From Octopus sinensis (taxonomy: Eukaryota): a stretch of 64,000 nucleotides of DNA. Positions 27,116 through 39,920 of this stretch are shown piece by piece. Location: the NCBI RefSeq assembly GCF_006345805.1, contig NC_043008.1, forward strand, positions 17,732,001 to 17,796,000, given 5' to 3'. The first letter of the stretch is position 1; every line of letters starts with the position of its first letter. The position numbers were made by a program, and so were the translations under genes. The notes under the pieces were generated by a model. It had not been told where the DNA came from. It searched no databases and saw nothing but the letters and a program-made list of their open reading frames with translations.

Positions 27116-27309
27116 CGCGAGGGTGAGTGATTGTGCGTGTGTTTTGTTTGTGTTTGTGCATGTACACACACACACACACACACATATATATACATATATA
27201 TATACACACACACGCGCACACATACACACATACACACACACACCACACATATATATATATAATATATATTATATATATATATATATATAATACACACGCG
27301 CGCACTCAT

Positions 27310-27359
<50 letters not shown>

Positions 27360-27644
27360 CATACTATATTATATACATATGCATAGAAAATATTTTACTA
27401 ATTCCAGCTAATGTTCTGTAGTTGCCGTATATCTCTGCCATTAATTTATTGTCTACCTCGTCTTCTACTTAATTCTACAGAATTAGACTGATTGATATAT
27501 GTTCTAAGTTTCCTTTAACCCTTCGCAGTTAAACAGTCAATATCCGGTTAAAATAGTTTACCATTTTACGCTCATACCAGCTAGATCTCGCCTCTCACAT
27601 GTAGCCTACATTGTTATTGTAAATATATACAATCACTAAGTTCT

Positions 27645-29160
27645 AAGTCCCTCTTAACTAAGTCTCCCATTCTATTTCGGTCTGTTGCTAAAGCCTTGCT
27701 ATACTTAACCGATTCTGCTTTTATTGCTTTCTTTTGAGTAGAGTAAACCACCATTTGTTGTTGACGATGCCCCCCGTCAACGCCCTCTTAACTAATGTGC
27801 TAATCCGGTCTCTGTAAGCTTGTCTTGTCGGGACAGATGCGTTTAACTTCCAGTAACCGGGATCCTACCTTTGATTCTCATCTAAGTCGAGCGTACAAGT
27901 CACGAGTTTGTGGTCTGTATAGCTGACTATTTGAAATTGTGGACAAACTACATTATCCACTATCATAAAGAATACTCTATCTAAATACGATCTGGACGAC
28001 CCGATGCGGTTGCTCCAAGCCCACATTGGCACATTCGAGTAGTCCAGTTTGTACCCGTCAGAGTTAGAAACGTCTGAGCAGGTCAATAAGGCACTTGCAT
28101 CACTTCTTCCTCTCTGTACCCACATAGTCTAAATGAATGTTCAAGGTAGCGTTCCGATCCCCCACTAAAATTAATGGTCAAGACGTTCCTAGGAAAATCT
28201 CTTGACGAAAGAAACACGGCCGACCTTATAAGGACGGTTCATACACTGTTATTAGTCAAAAAGCACAGCCATTACTGCCATAGACATCCAAGAAGATGCT
28301 CTCCAGCTCTAGGAATACTGCCCTTCTTTCAGATCCAGACTCTTTCACAAAAGCATCGCAATACCACCACCGCCCATTCTCGGCAGACACGGGCAAAAAT
28401 AAATATCGAATTGTCTGCCGATCAGGGCCTAGATGGTCCGAACATGGGCTTGGAGATTCTGGTTTCGCTTATGGTTAAAATATTTTGTGACTTGATGTCG
28501 TTTAACAAGTAACCTTGTTTCCAAGGCTACTCCAAGTCACGCACATTTATACTACCTATCTTGAGCATGAATTTAGCAAAAGTTGTGTTTCAGACACAAA
28601 ACGAAAACAAAAGGTGGGAGAGAAAGGAAGTCACTTACTGTTTCGGAAGTTGGGAACTTTGTCCTCAGTTTCCGTGAAGAGATTTTTATATAGTTTTGAC
28701 AGATGTTTTTTAAATATCCCTACTGCATTAGGGTAGAGAGATTTCATTAATTTACGTGTGTTTTGTGTGGTGTGTAGTATGTTAATGTGTTGTGGAAGGG
28801 TTGTGCGTAGGTGGTCGTGTGTTTTGCAACTGCTTTTAGTTCTCGGTGTGCGACCTGACGTATTGCATCCGGTTCAAATTGTTTATGTTGATTACGGTAG
28901 CACTGTTGGTATTTGTATATTTATAGTTTGGTGCTGGTGTTGTTGTTATGTCTGGGTATATTGTTGTTGGGAGTGCTATATCTTCCGGCTTTGTTCAATT
29001 GAGTGGTTGTTCTTTTCCTTTGGCTTCTTCCCACTGTGGACATTTACCCTTCTTCCGTGTCGCCTTCATCGGACGAGATGTCGGAGGAATCAGAACATGG
29101 GAGGGGAAGGGTATTGAGGTAAATTTGTTGGTGTGTTGATATTGTTGCAGTTGTTAGTTT
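27645..29160 (-). mobile_element. Tx1/L1-clade LINE remnant (putative ORF1 end plus ORF2 APE endonuclease from ATG 28568)
   Basis: MLKIGSINVRDL..ISETRI..GGGIAML..LITVYEP..GDRNAT..SRSYLDRV..SYTDHKLV..GYWKLNAS; stops and frameshifts. Confidence 0.85.
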
Positions 29161-29445
29161 TGGTTGGTGGTTGTTGGGATGTGATGTGTGGGTAGTTGCG
29201 GATGAGGGGTTAGTCTACTGTTATTACACCGACAGAGAAGACGGCAACAGACAACAATACCGTACTTTCCAAAGAAATTATTTTTCATAGGTACATTCAT
29301 GTACTTATTGACGCACAGACAGAAACATACATATAAAGACACAACGAACCACGCACGCACACACACACACACAATATTATATATATATATATATATACGC
29401 ACACACGCCCGCACGCACAAACACATATGTGTGTGTGAGGATGTG

Positions 29446-29494
<49 letters not shown>

Positions 29495-29496
<2 letters not shown>

Positions 29497-31740
29497 CGGG
29501 AAGCTTTATGAAAATAGACAAAAGACGAAGGCAGGGTGGAAAACAAACGAACAATTGTATAGTATGGCGCTCAGGAAATATAAATAAAACAAGTCTTTAA
29601 CGTTTCGAGCCTACGCCCTTCAACAGAAAGATACACAGAGAGAAAAAAAAACACAGAAAGAAAGAAGGAGAGAAAAAAAAACAGAAAGAAGGAGAGAAAA
29701 AAAAAATGCGTGCAGTAGCTAACGAATCAACATGGCGATCTGATTTCGGCAGAGGTCAAAGATCAAACATGAAAAACGCGAGGAGCGAAATAAGGGGAGA
29801 TAATAGGGTTGATAATATGGTTGAAGGACCAGCTAATAGTGCGTAGGAGGGGTCTGGACGTGTGTATGTATAGGGTGTGTATGTATTAGTATGTATTAGT
29901 ATTGTATTAGTACGTATAGTATGTATTAGTTGGTGTATGTATTAGTATGCACATCATATATGATGTGATGTGTGAAGTCGTGTGGTGTGTGAGGAGAAGA
30001 GGGGGGAGAAGGGGGGAGAAGGGGGAGAGGGGGAGGAGAGGAGGGAAGAGGAGAGGAGGGGGGGAGGAGAGAGAGGAGGGGGAGAAGGAAGGGGGGAGGG
30101 GGGAGGAGGAAGGAGGAAAGAGGGAGAGGGGGAGTGAGGGAGCAGAGGAAGGGGAAGAGGGAAGGAGGAGGAGAAGAAAGAAGGAAGAAGGGAAGGGGAG
30201 TAGGGTTGAAAGGATGAAGGACTGAAGAAGTAGGGGCGGGGGGAAAGGATAGGTGAGGATGGGGGAGAGGGGGGTTAGATGAGGAGGGGGGGGAGAGTTG
30301 AGACCAAATGGCGTATAAGAGCGAAGAGAGAAGATTAATTCCTGTTCACGGCGCAAACGGGAATCCGGATGGCCTCTGTGTAAGGACAAAACGAACACAG
30401 ATAGGTGTTGCAAGGACTGGACGGTGGAGCGGAAATGGCGTGAGACCGTGTGTTGTGTCGTTCGGAAGGTGGATGTCACGAAGGGTGTTCCGCGAACGGT
30501 CAGCCAAGCGGCGTCCCGTTTGTCCGATGTACAAGGAATTGCAGAGAGAGCAAGAGATGCAATAGATAATATTGCTGGAGGTGCAGGTGAAGGAGTGGAT
30601 GATGGGATAGGGTAGATGGGGGGTGCTAGTGAGGCGGGGTGGTGTTGGAGAGGTAAGGGCAACGTGTGCGGCAAAGTCATGGGCGGGAGCAGGGGAACGA
30701 GCCGGGTTGGGAGGTAGGGTCAGGGAAGGAGCTATGGACCAAAAGGTCTCGAAGGTTGGGGGCTCGTTTGAAAGAGGGGAGGGGTCGGTTAGGGAAGAGG
30801 TGTGAAGTGGACGGGTCGGATGGAGATGACGGAAAGCTCGAAGAATGGTGCGTTGGAGACGTAGGTAGGGTCGGGGGTGGTAAGTGAGGGGAAAAGGGAG
30901 GCGGGAGACTACAGGGCGGGTTCGGGGAGAGAGAGCAGATACACGGTCCACGGACCGTGCTCTGGCAAGGGCGGTGTGTGGATAGTGGTGGGGGGTATCC
31001 ACGTAGGGTGAAGTGGTGAGCCATACGTTGAGACTGAGTCTCAAAGTCATGGTCGTCACTACAGAGCCTACGTAGACGGAGGAATTGGAATAGGGGATGG
31101 AAAGCTTGGTGTTCTGGGTGGGAGGAAGAGAAGTTGAGGTATGAGTGTGAGTCTCTGTGTGTTTGTAGTGAATGGAGGTGGTAAGAGTGGAGTGAAGAAT
31201 GCTAACCGAAATGTCGAGGAAGGAGACAGAGGTGTTGGAGATAGTGGAAGTGAAGTGGAGGGCTGGATGGATGGAAGATGGGACGAAAGAGAGGAGAGGA
31301 AGGAATCTAGATGTTCGCGGGAGGGAGAGTGGGGTGGCACCGATAATGTCGTCGATATAACGACCATATAGTTCGGGAGGGGACCAGTGAAATTAGAGAA
31401 TATTTGGGCCTCAACATAGCCAACGAACAGGTCGCATAGTTGGGGCCCATTCGCGTTCCCATGGCCACTCCCGGACCTGATGGTAGGACTCGCCCTGCGA
31501 ACGAGAAGCAGTTCAGAGTAAGGACAAGTTCGGCCAGACGAATGAGTGTGGAGGTGTCAGGTACAGGGTTAGAGCGGAGGTCAAGAAAGTGTCGAAGGGC
31601 CTGCAGTCCTCGTGGGGGGAGGGATAACAGTATAGAGGCTTTGGATGTCCATAGTAAAAGGATTTTGGAGGAGCCGGGAGGAAAGGAGAAAGAGTTGAAA
31701 AACCGGAGAGCATGGTTGGTATCGTGGATGTGGGAGGGAA
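29495..31740 (-). mobile_element. 5'-truncated Penelope-like retroelement (Neptune-like): RT, GIY-YIG and 3' pLTR
   Basis: HIHDTNHAL..MDIQSLYTVIP..LAELVLTLNCF..GVAMGTRMGPNYA..YGRYIDDI; Cys linker GSFPCSRP; FTCTSSNIIYCISCSLCNSLYIGQTGRRLADR; many frameshifts. Confidence 0.95.
29594..29631 (-). ncRNA. Minimal hammerhead motif in the PLE pLTR (A6U variant)
   Basis: TCTTT-CTGTTGA-A-GGGC(GTAG)GCTC-GAAA-CG-TT-AAAGA. Confidence 0.7.
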
Positions 31741-31852
31741 GATATATGTATATGACGCTTTGTTTAATATATTAATTGGTACCTCAATTATTCCCTAACG
31801 GATTTCAAATATAATTACTTAAACAATTATAATTACTCAACAAACATTGACA

Positions 31853-32330
31853 TCTCTTATTATAAAAGCCAGATTTTATCTGCCTCCCTTTGGGAGTTAT
31901 AGAAATCTACAATATAGGATTTCTTCAATTACAATTACCTAGCATTTTTAAGAGTAGAATGCATCGCGTCATGCCAGGTCCAGTTTTTAAAATTTAAACT
32001 CCAATTAAGCAAAATTTACAGAAAACTCACATTCTGGGTGTGTGTCAAATGCTTTTCTTAGTCTGGTTTACACCACACGCAAACGCACACACACAGGGGC
32101 AACGAATAAAATGAAAGTAAATAGCGACAGAGTGATTTGAGGAAGACTAAACTGAAAGTATTCTGTCTATGACGCTGATAGATACATGAGTAAAATGTAT
32201 GGGAAGCTAAGAGCTAAGAGTGAGTGAAAATGTTCTTGGAAGAGAGTAAATAGCGAGAGAGAGAGAGAGTGATTTGAGGAAGACTTTACATTAAATAACC
32301 GTAGTGGCTTGTGTTAGTAATAAAGTAAAC
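31853..32330 (+). mobile_element. Possible Helitron-like 5' fragment
   Basis: a|TCTCTTATTATAAAAG start; internal repeat gtaaatagcga..gagtgatttgaggaagact twice; no CTAG end found. Confidence 0.35.
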
Positions 32331-32337
32331 ATACACT

Positions 32338-32512
32338 CATACATACATACATACATACATACATACATACATACATACATACATACATACACACACACAT
32401 ACACACACACATACATACACACACATACATACATACACACATACATACATACATATACATACATACATACATATACATACATACATACACACACACATAC
32501 ACACACACACAC
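32338..32512. repeat. (TACA)n/(CA)n microsatellite
   Basis: Direct reading. Confidence 0.95.
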
Positions 32513-32711
32513 AGTATTGAAGCTTGAGAACAATCAGATACATTTGCAACACATCTGTTGAAAATATTATTGTTCACACACATACATATACATATATACA
32601 TACAAACAGACAGACAGATAGACACACACACACACACACAAACACACACATGATCCAGCATGGCCACAACCTCAAGCCTGAAACATATAAAGAATAACAG
32701 AATATAAATGT

Positions 32712-33066
32712 GTGCAAAGTACAAGAAATATTAATGCAGTATATGGGGATTGGACAATAAGCGTAATGCAGTGTCAATGGTGGTTCCAGAAATCCCGAGC
32801 CATAAACCACAGCCTAGAAGACGAGCCTCATCCTGAAAGATCTGTAGAACTCGACAAGGACATCCTGAAAACCCTGGTGGAACAAAATCTCATCGTAACT
32901 GTTGAGGAAACTAGCAGAGAAGCTTGGATTTGGTCATTCAACCATTCATTGAGACCTGTGGTGCTATCGGAAAAGTCAGCAAATTGGGTCAATGGTTCCT
33001 CACGAACTTTCCGAGTCCAATTGCATGCAGAGAGGGAATGTATGCTTTTCTTTGCTGTCTCATCTC
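32712..33066 (+). pseudogene. Mariner transposase remnant
   Basis: STRNINAVYGD..CQWWFQK..SLEDEPHPER../LAEKLGFGHSTIH/GKVSKLGQW/VPHELSE. Confidence 0.9.
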
Positions 33067-33087
33067 ACCACTACTGCGCTATGTATA

Positions 33088-33721
33088 TCTATATATTAAA
33101 ACTGTAGTTGTGTGAGTGTCTGTCCCCTTCGATTTAGATTCCTAACTACTCCCACATTTTGCGGTGCAGTTTTTAACCAAATTCGGGTAGCTTTATAGTC
33201 GTGATTCATATCGAGCCCGTCTGAATATTAGCGCGCGTCTACGATGAGTCTACGATTTTAAAAATAATTTAACATCATTTTTTATTCCATTTAATGCATA
33301 ATTTTTCGTGTGTCGATGGCGGCGGAGTTGGCGTCACGCTCACACCTGCACCTGTGGGGAAGGGAGTGTAAGGAAATCAACGTCGTAATGCGTTGTCAAG
33401 GAGACCAGTGTTCTTTTAGAACAACGACTTCATGGCTTGAAGACACCAAAACAGAAATGGCCAAGAAAGCGTCTACATGAGTCTACGATTTAAAAAAAAA
33501 ATTTACCATCGTTTTTTTTCCATTTTAATGCATTTTTTCGCTATTATATAAGGGAAGTAACTCTCTAAAAATGTCTACGATGAGTCAACGATTTAAAAAA
33601 ATTTACCATCATATTTTTCCATTTTTAATGAATTTTTGCTATTTTTTGCTATAACTCTCTAAAAATGCTTATATAGTTATTTCCCTTACAAACCGAGAGC
33701 AACGCCGGGCGATACTGCTAG
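33088..33721 (+). mobile_element. Non-autonomous Helitron
   Basis: A|TCTATATATTAAAA start, GC-rich subterminal gagcaacgccgggcg, CTAG|T end, no TSD; three internal repeats beginning tctac..gagtc.acgatttaaaaa. Confidence 0.9.
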
Positions 33722-33745
33722 TAATATAATATGTATATATATATA

Positions 33746-33776
<31 letters not shown>

Positions 33777-34102
33777 GATATACATATACATATATATATA
33801 CATATATATATATATATACATATATATACACATGTATATATACGTCTGTATGTATGTATGACATTTTCATTTACACATCGACGCAAATTATTAGTTTTCG
33901 CCCTTGTAATCATTAAGATTAAGACCAACAAAGAATAATTATTTTTGAATTATGGGCTGTTGCCCTAATTCCTGCATATAAAATTAAGATTCTCTCAGAA
34001 AACATTGCAGAGGGGACAGTCATGCTTATAATCCCTCCCGCACGTATATTACATAGACACGTGCACACATGCATATATATGTACATATGTATATATGTAT
34101 AT

Positions 34103-34172
<70 letters not shown>

Positions 34173-34252
34173 GCTGTGTACATATTCTGTCTGTGACTGA
34201 GAGCATGTATACAGAGACACACATGCACACAACACATATGCATATATATATG

Positions 34253-34299
<47 letters not shown>

Positions 34300-34588
34300 A
34301 CTCCGAATCGCATATACATTCTGTGTCCATATATTGAAAGAGAGAGAATACGAAAACAGACAGTAAGAGAGGGAGAGAGGTATTTACATAGCGTATGGCT
34401 TTGATGTTTCCCGATTATTAAAAAACTATATGGTATTGATACATATTTAATAATCTGTTTCAAAGTTATATTCCAATTTTACTTATTATACATACACACA
34501 AACACAAAAATAAGTATAAATTTAAATACACAAATCATATATATGCATATGGATATGCTTATATATATGTGTGTGTATGTATATATAT

Positions 34589-34651
<63 letters not shown>

Positions 34652-34666
34652 TATATATATGTGTGT

Positions 34667-34697
<31 letters not shown>

Positions 34698-35873
34698 CAT
34701 GTGGATATGCTGGTTTATGGCTCTCTAATTTTATGTGTAAGTGTATTTGCTTTGTGAAAGTGTGTATGTGTGTAGCGTGACCTATATTCATCTATAGTTC
34801 CATAGTTCTCTTTTTTTTTCTGTTCGAAAGATTTAATACTTATTGACATATTCTGATAAATATTGAGTTAGCCCTATTCGTTGACTTCATCTTGGTTTTG
34901 AAAACCATATCTGAAATCCTGATAATATTTTGACAGATCTATATCATATTGATATAAAGGACAATTGATTTGTTAAATTATATATGTGTTTCAGAATGAG
35001 GTGTACTCACGCAAACATACATACACACACACATATGCGTTGGCGTGAACTATACTATTTCTCTATGGTTGTATGTATGTTTAGATGTGTCTATGTATGT
35101 ATGTGCGTTTCTCTATATGTTTGTATAGAAAAAAGTGAATGGGAAAATGTGAGATAAAGAAAAATGAAATTGAGAATGATAAGTAGATATAGAGATAGAA
35201 AGATAGAAGATAGAAGTCTCTCCGCTTGAATATGTCTGTATGTATGAATGCGTGTGTAAGTAGAATTTAAACGAAATTATTTTGACTTTAGGTATTAAAG
35301 TGATTTATTTCAATTTCAATTTTTTTTATTTTGCTAAATCGTCTTAGTTATAATGTAAACTGTAAAAGTTCCAAATAATAAAAATAATGATCTTAGAGAT
35401 GGTGATGATGATGATGATAATGACAGCAACGACAACAATAATAACTGCAATAATAATAATAATAATAATAATAATGATAATCATATGCAGTGTGTTACAA
35501 AACAATAATATAAGTTGTTATCTAAAAACTGTAGAGAGAAGGTAATCTTTCTTAAGTCAAGCAATGTCATTAAATTGGTAAATTACGGGAAATTATGTTA
35601 TCGACCCAGTAGGAATGAAAGGCAAATTTAAACAATGAAGGTAAAAAATGTTTAAAAAATATATAATATAATAAATACGCAACCTAATACTGGATGGAAC
35701 ATAATCAAGCAAACCTTTATTTCTGCCAACGCATCATGTTTTAAGATGTTGGGTATAAGTTATATTCCAAGGAATGGAGTTATTAGTTTGGCTGCAATGA
35801 GGAGTGAAGAAGTTCCTGGAAGATGACTGGGTTTTCATGGATAGTCAAGTGGTGACTGTTGGAAGTGAAAAAT

Positions 35874-36290
35874 AGATATGAATAGCTGCAGGAAGAGGGT
35901 GAAATGGTGTTCAGAGTAGTGGGAAATAAACTGATCGATGTGAAGACTGAGAAGAGAGGGCCGAGAGGATTTGGTATTGCGTAACAAAAACGGAGGTGGA
36001 GTAGGAGTATATGAACCAGCTGGATCCAGTTTTCCATTGACGCTTTGCAGTGTAGTTAGGAACTTCTATTACGATGGGTATACAGATATGAATAGCTGCA
36101 GGAAGAGGATGAAATGGTGTTCAGAGTAGTGGGAAATAAAGTGATCGATGTGAAAACTGAGTAGAGAGGGTCGAGAGGATTTGGTATTGCGTAACAAAAA
36201 CGGAGGCGGAGTGGGAGTATATGAATCAGCTAAATCCAGTTTTCCATTGACGCTTTGCAGTGTAGTTAGGAACTTCTACTACGATGAGTA
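35874..36290. repeat. Tandem duplication, 210-bp period, possibly within a decayed LINE RT (minus)
   Basis: Units start agatatgaatagctgcagg at 35874 and 36084; minus strand weakly resembles VPQGSILSPTLFLLHIND (VTQYQIL.PSLLSLHIDQ). Confidence 0.9.
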
Positions 36291-37173
36291 CCACACTTGA
36301 CTTTCAAGTGTTCTACGGTTATGCGGTCAACTATTATAAATTCAAGTCAAACATATTATGATATATACTATTATATGTAAATGTTGTCAAAACTTTAGCT
36401 GTGTCCACACTCCTCGTTTTTAATATCTTCTCTTACTTTCGTTGTTTTCTTTTTATATCTTAGAATCACTGGCGAAGTAATTTCGTATAACAATCAATAT
36501 TCTTCTTAGATTCGTTTATTTGATAAAACGTCAGTAGAATTATCGAAAAATTCATATCACTGTTAACCAATACCGTTTCTTCGGTTCAATATACATTTCT
36601 CTCTTTCCGTCTGTAGACTATATAGATCTGTCACTACCATATGGTGACTGGCATAGTACTGACCAGAAATATGGAATATTTCAGATAAAATATCACTAAA
36701 TCTATAGAAGAGTTAAAAGAGCTATTATCTGTCACAACATCCTGTGTATCATACATAGATGGATTTTCACTCGCAGCCCGTGTTTCCCTAATGTTTTTCC
36801 TTGATTCTGTGATAGGATTACTAAGTTATTGTTTCTTCTGTTTTGATATTTTTCCTCTCCTCTTCTTTGGGTTCCATGTCTATAATTACTACAATATTGC
36901 TAACTGTTAATGTTAGACAGTAATAATAACACTTATTTCATTCAACCCAAATGGATAAAATTGCGAAGTCGACCCTGGAAAAATGTAAACTCAGAAGATT
37001 AAGTGACATATCCAGATATCTTAAGGCGCATTTCCCCTCATTCCTGAAATCGTGCTCATCAATCCCATTGGTACAGTAACTAATACTACCGAAACATTTT
37101 TCCTCTTTTTATTTCATCCTTGTACATTTTTCATAATACTTATTCTCATCCTTGTTATTGCTACAAGATCACA

Positions 37174-37270
37174 GCTGCTGCTGCTGCTGCTTCTTCTTCT
37201 TCTTCTTCTTCTTCTTCTTCTTCTTCTTCTTCTTCTTCTTCTTCTTCTTCTTCTTCTCCTCCTCCTCCTC
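37174..37270. repeat. (GCT)/(TCT)/(CCT) microsatellite
   Basis: Direct reading. Confidence 0.95.
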
Positions 37271-37275
37271 CTAAC

Positions 37276-37509
37276 ACCTATTTCTTTACTACCCACAAGG
37301 GGCTAAACACAGAGAGGACAAATAAGGACAGACAAATGAATTAAGTCGATTATATCGACCCCAGTGCGTAACTAGTACTTATTTAATCGACCCCGAAAGG
37401 AAGAAAGGCAAAGTCGACCTCGGCGGAATTTGAACACAGAATGTAACCGCAGACGAAATGCCACTAAGCGTTTCGCCCGGTGTGCTAACGTATCTACCAG
37501 CTCACCGCC
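37276..37509 (-). mobile_element. SINE family A
   Basis: Full single-unit reverse-complement copy. Confidence 0.95.
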
Positions 37510-37514
37510 TTCTT

Positions 37515-37581
37515 CTACCACCACCAACACACCACCACCACCACCACCACCACCACCACCACCACCACCACCACCACCACC

Positions 37582-37629
<48 letters not shown>
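37515..37629. repeat. (CAC)n(TAC)n microsatellite
   Basis: Direct reading. Confidence 0.95.
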
Positions 37630-37630
<1 letters not shown>

Positions 37631-37746
37631 AAAGATGTGACACTCTCCTTCCCGCTGTAACCCACAGATGTGAAATCTCCTCACGCAATTTTATGAAAGT
37701 TATTCAACAAGTACCTTGCTCCTCCCATGTAAGCTAGCCCTCTTAC

Positions 37747-37911
37747 CTCTGTCGTCCATTTTAACCAATATTCTTGCCGTTATAGGTGTTGCCTGATATT
37801 TCGTCCCAGGTATCTGAACTACATTCAGCACATTTTTAAAGATCACTTTCTGCGCTGGTAACAACCTCTGGAATAAACCTTCGTATGCTTTGATTTGACA
37901 ATCTTGAATGT
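37747..37911 (-). CDS. Candidate host-gene exon (165 nt): either a phase 1-1 coding exon or a UTR exon carrying start ATG 37759 (MDDR..)
   Basis: tctgtgttcgtcaactttacag|ACATTC...GACAGAG|gtaaga; one frame open throughout (IQDCQIKAYEGLFQ..ITARILVKMDDR); AAAATGG context at the Met. Confidence 0.5.
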
Positions 37912-38182
37912 CTGTAAAGTTGACGAACACAGATACTCATACTTGAGCTATGCAAATTAATATATTTTTTTTTATACTTACTACTAACAAATATGATCCG
38001 CCTAAAACATTATTCTTATTTTACTCCCGTTTCTACTGATCAAAACGCTAGATTATTCAATTCGCCAGCATATTATTCTCATTACCTGACCAATCTTTTA
38101 ACTTTTCGTTTTTCGTTTTTAGATATAGCATCAGCTCGACTTCTGAGCACAACTAGATAAACGAGCTTGACGGATGATCTAC

Positions 38183-38561
38183 TTATTTCTTTATTGCCCA
38201 CAAGGGGATAAACCATAGAGGAGACAAACAATGACAGACAAAGGGTCGATTATATCGACCCCAGTGCATACCTGGATTAAAGGCAAAGTCAACCTCGGCG
38301 AAAATTGAACTCAGAACGTAGCGGCAAACGAAATACCTATTTCTTTACTACCCACAATGTGCTAAACACAGAGGGGACAAACAAGGACAGACAAACGGAT
38401 TAAGTCGTTTACATCGATTCCAGTGCGTAATTGGTACTTAATTTATCGACCCCGAAAGGATGAACGGCAAAGTCGACCTAGGTGGAATTTGAACTCAGAA
38501 CGTAACGGCAGACGAAATACCGCTAAGCATTTCGTCCGACGTGGTAACGTTTCTGCCAGCT
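38183..38561 (-). mobile_element. SINE family A, multi-unit copy
   Basis: Two gaactcagaacgta units with the standard junction at about 38335. Confidence 0.92.
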
Positions 38562-38579
38562 GGCGTAATTAAGACTTAC

Positions 38580-38615
38580 CTGGTCACACACGGTTACTTC
38601 TATAGTACTCGAGTA
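38580..38615 (-). other. Candidate 36-nt exon
   Basis: cactaat-gatttttatgcag|TACTCGAG..GTGACCAG|gtaagt: branch point, acceptor and perfect donor. Confidence 0.4.
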
Positions 38616-39679
38616 CTGCATAAAAATCATTAGTGCATTTGGAATTATACAGCTAATTATTGAGCATCTGAGTTTACGTCATCGAACACTTAGAATGTTT
38701 AACCACCAAATCTATACAGAATAAATTAAATTTCATTTTCGTTTGCCCCTGAATTTATGAAAAACTCTTTGAATTGTTGTGATGAGATTTAAATATTAGA
38801 ACGTTAAGGTCTTCTTAATGAAATTTCTCTCTTCACATTTATATCATGAATATCTTCACAAATATTTGTGATAGATATTCGTTGCCAATCTTCCTAGTGA
38901 TGGAATAAATATTGCTTTCTATTTCAAATTCTTCACCCTATGATACAAATATTCTAATGCTTAGTTATATAAGATACACCTCATGCAGGCCAACTTCATA
39001 CATCGAATCGTTTTATAAATAAGTATCAATGCATTTGTATTTACGGAGTAGCAATTCATCAAAAGTTACATTTAGTTTGCTACTAATTATTTTTGCTATG
39101 CTGTGATTCTCATTTATTTATGAGCAGTTTGAATTTCTTTTCTATCTGGTATTCCCATTTCGTTCGCAATGCTTGGCATCCACAACCGCGATTGATTGAT
39201 CACCGATTCCTCCTGTCGAAAGTAATTTAATGTTATTGATCTTCCCTGTTGTTTTCTACTTGAATGTTAAATAGCTAAATAATTCTGTGATATGATTATT
39301 ATTTATTATCTGATATTAACCCTTTCTATTTTGGCTGAAACAGCCGTTTTTAGCGGAGGATAAACTATATGATCTCTTCACGGGAAAAATAATTCCAATT
39401 ATGTCTTCCGAGCTGATATTTCATAGTTTGTTGTGTATTTGTTTATTTTATTGAACGAAATCCCGCCACGTCGCAACAGTGAGCTTTCGATTTAAAAGGG
39501 TTTCTAGATAATCACAGCATGACAAAGACAGAGAGAAAGAGAGACAGGGAAAGAAGGGAGACAGGAAAAAATAAACCTGAGTGAGTGAAATAATGAGATA
39601 GAGAAAAGGGAGAGACAAAGAAAAGAGAGAAAGAGAGAGGGAGAGAGAGAGAGAAAATGTCTGTGTGTGTTTCTAATTG

Positions 39680-39920
39680 GGCATAAGGCGGAAATTGAAC
39701 TAGGCACACAAACACTGCCAAAATGCCGCTGAGCAGTTTTACCCGGCGTGCTACCGTTTCTGCCAGCTAGCCGCCTTGGTGAAGTCAGTTTATTGATTCA
39801 AAATTTGGAACAAACACAGCAATTTCGTAGGTTGTTTACATCAAACTCAATGTTCAGCTGGTACATATTTTATCGACCCCAAAATGATGAAAGGCAATCG
39901 AACTCGGCGGAATTTGAATC
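39680..39920 (-). mobile_element. SINE family A fragments
   Basis: Head fragment ending ctgccagctagccgcc (about 39776) and core fragment ttatcgaccccaaaatgatgaaaggcaa. Confidence 0.7.
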
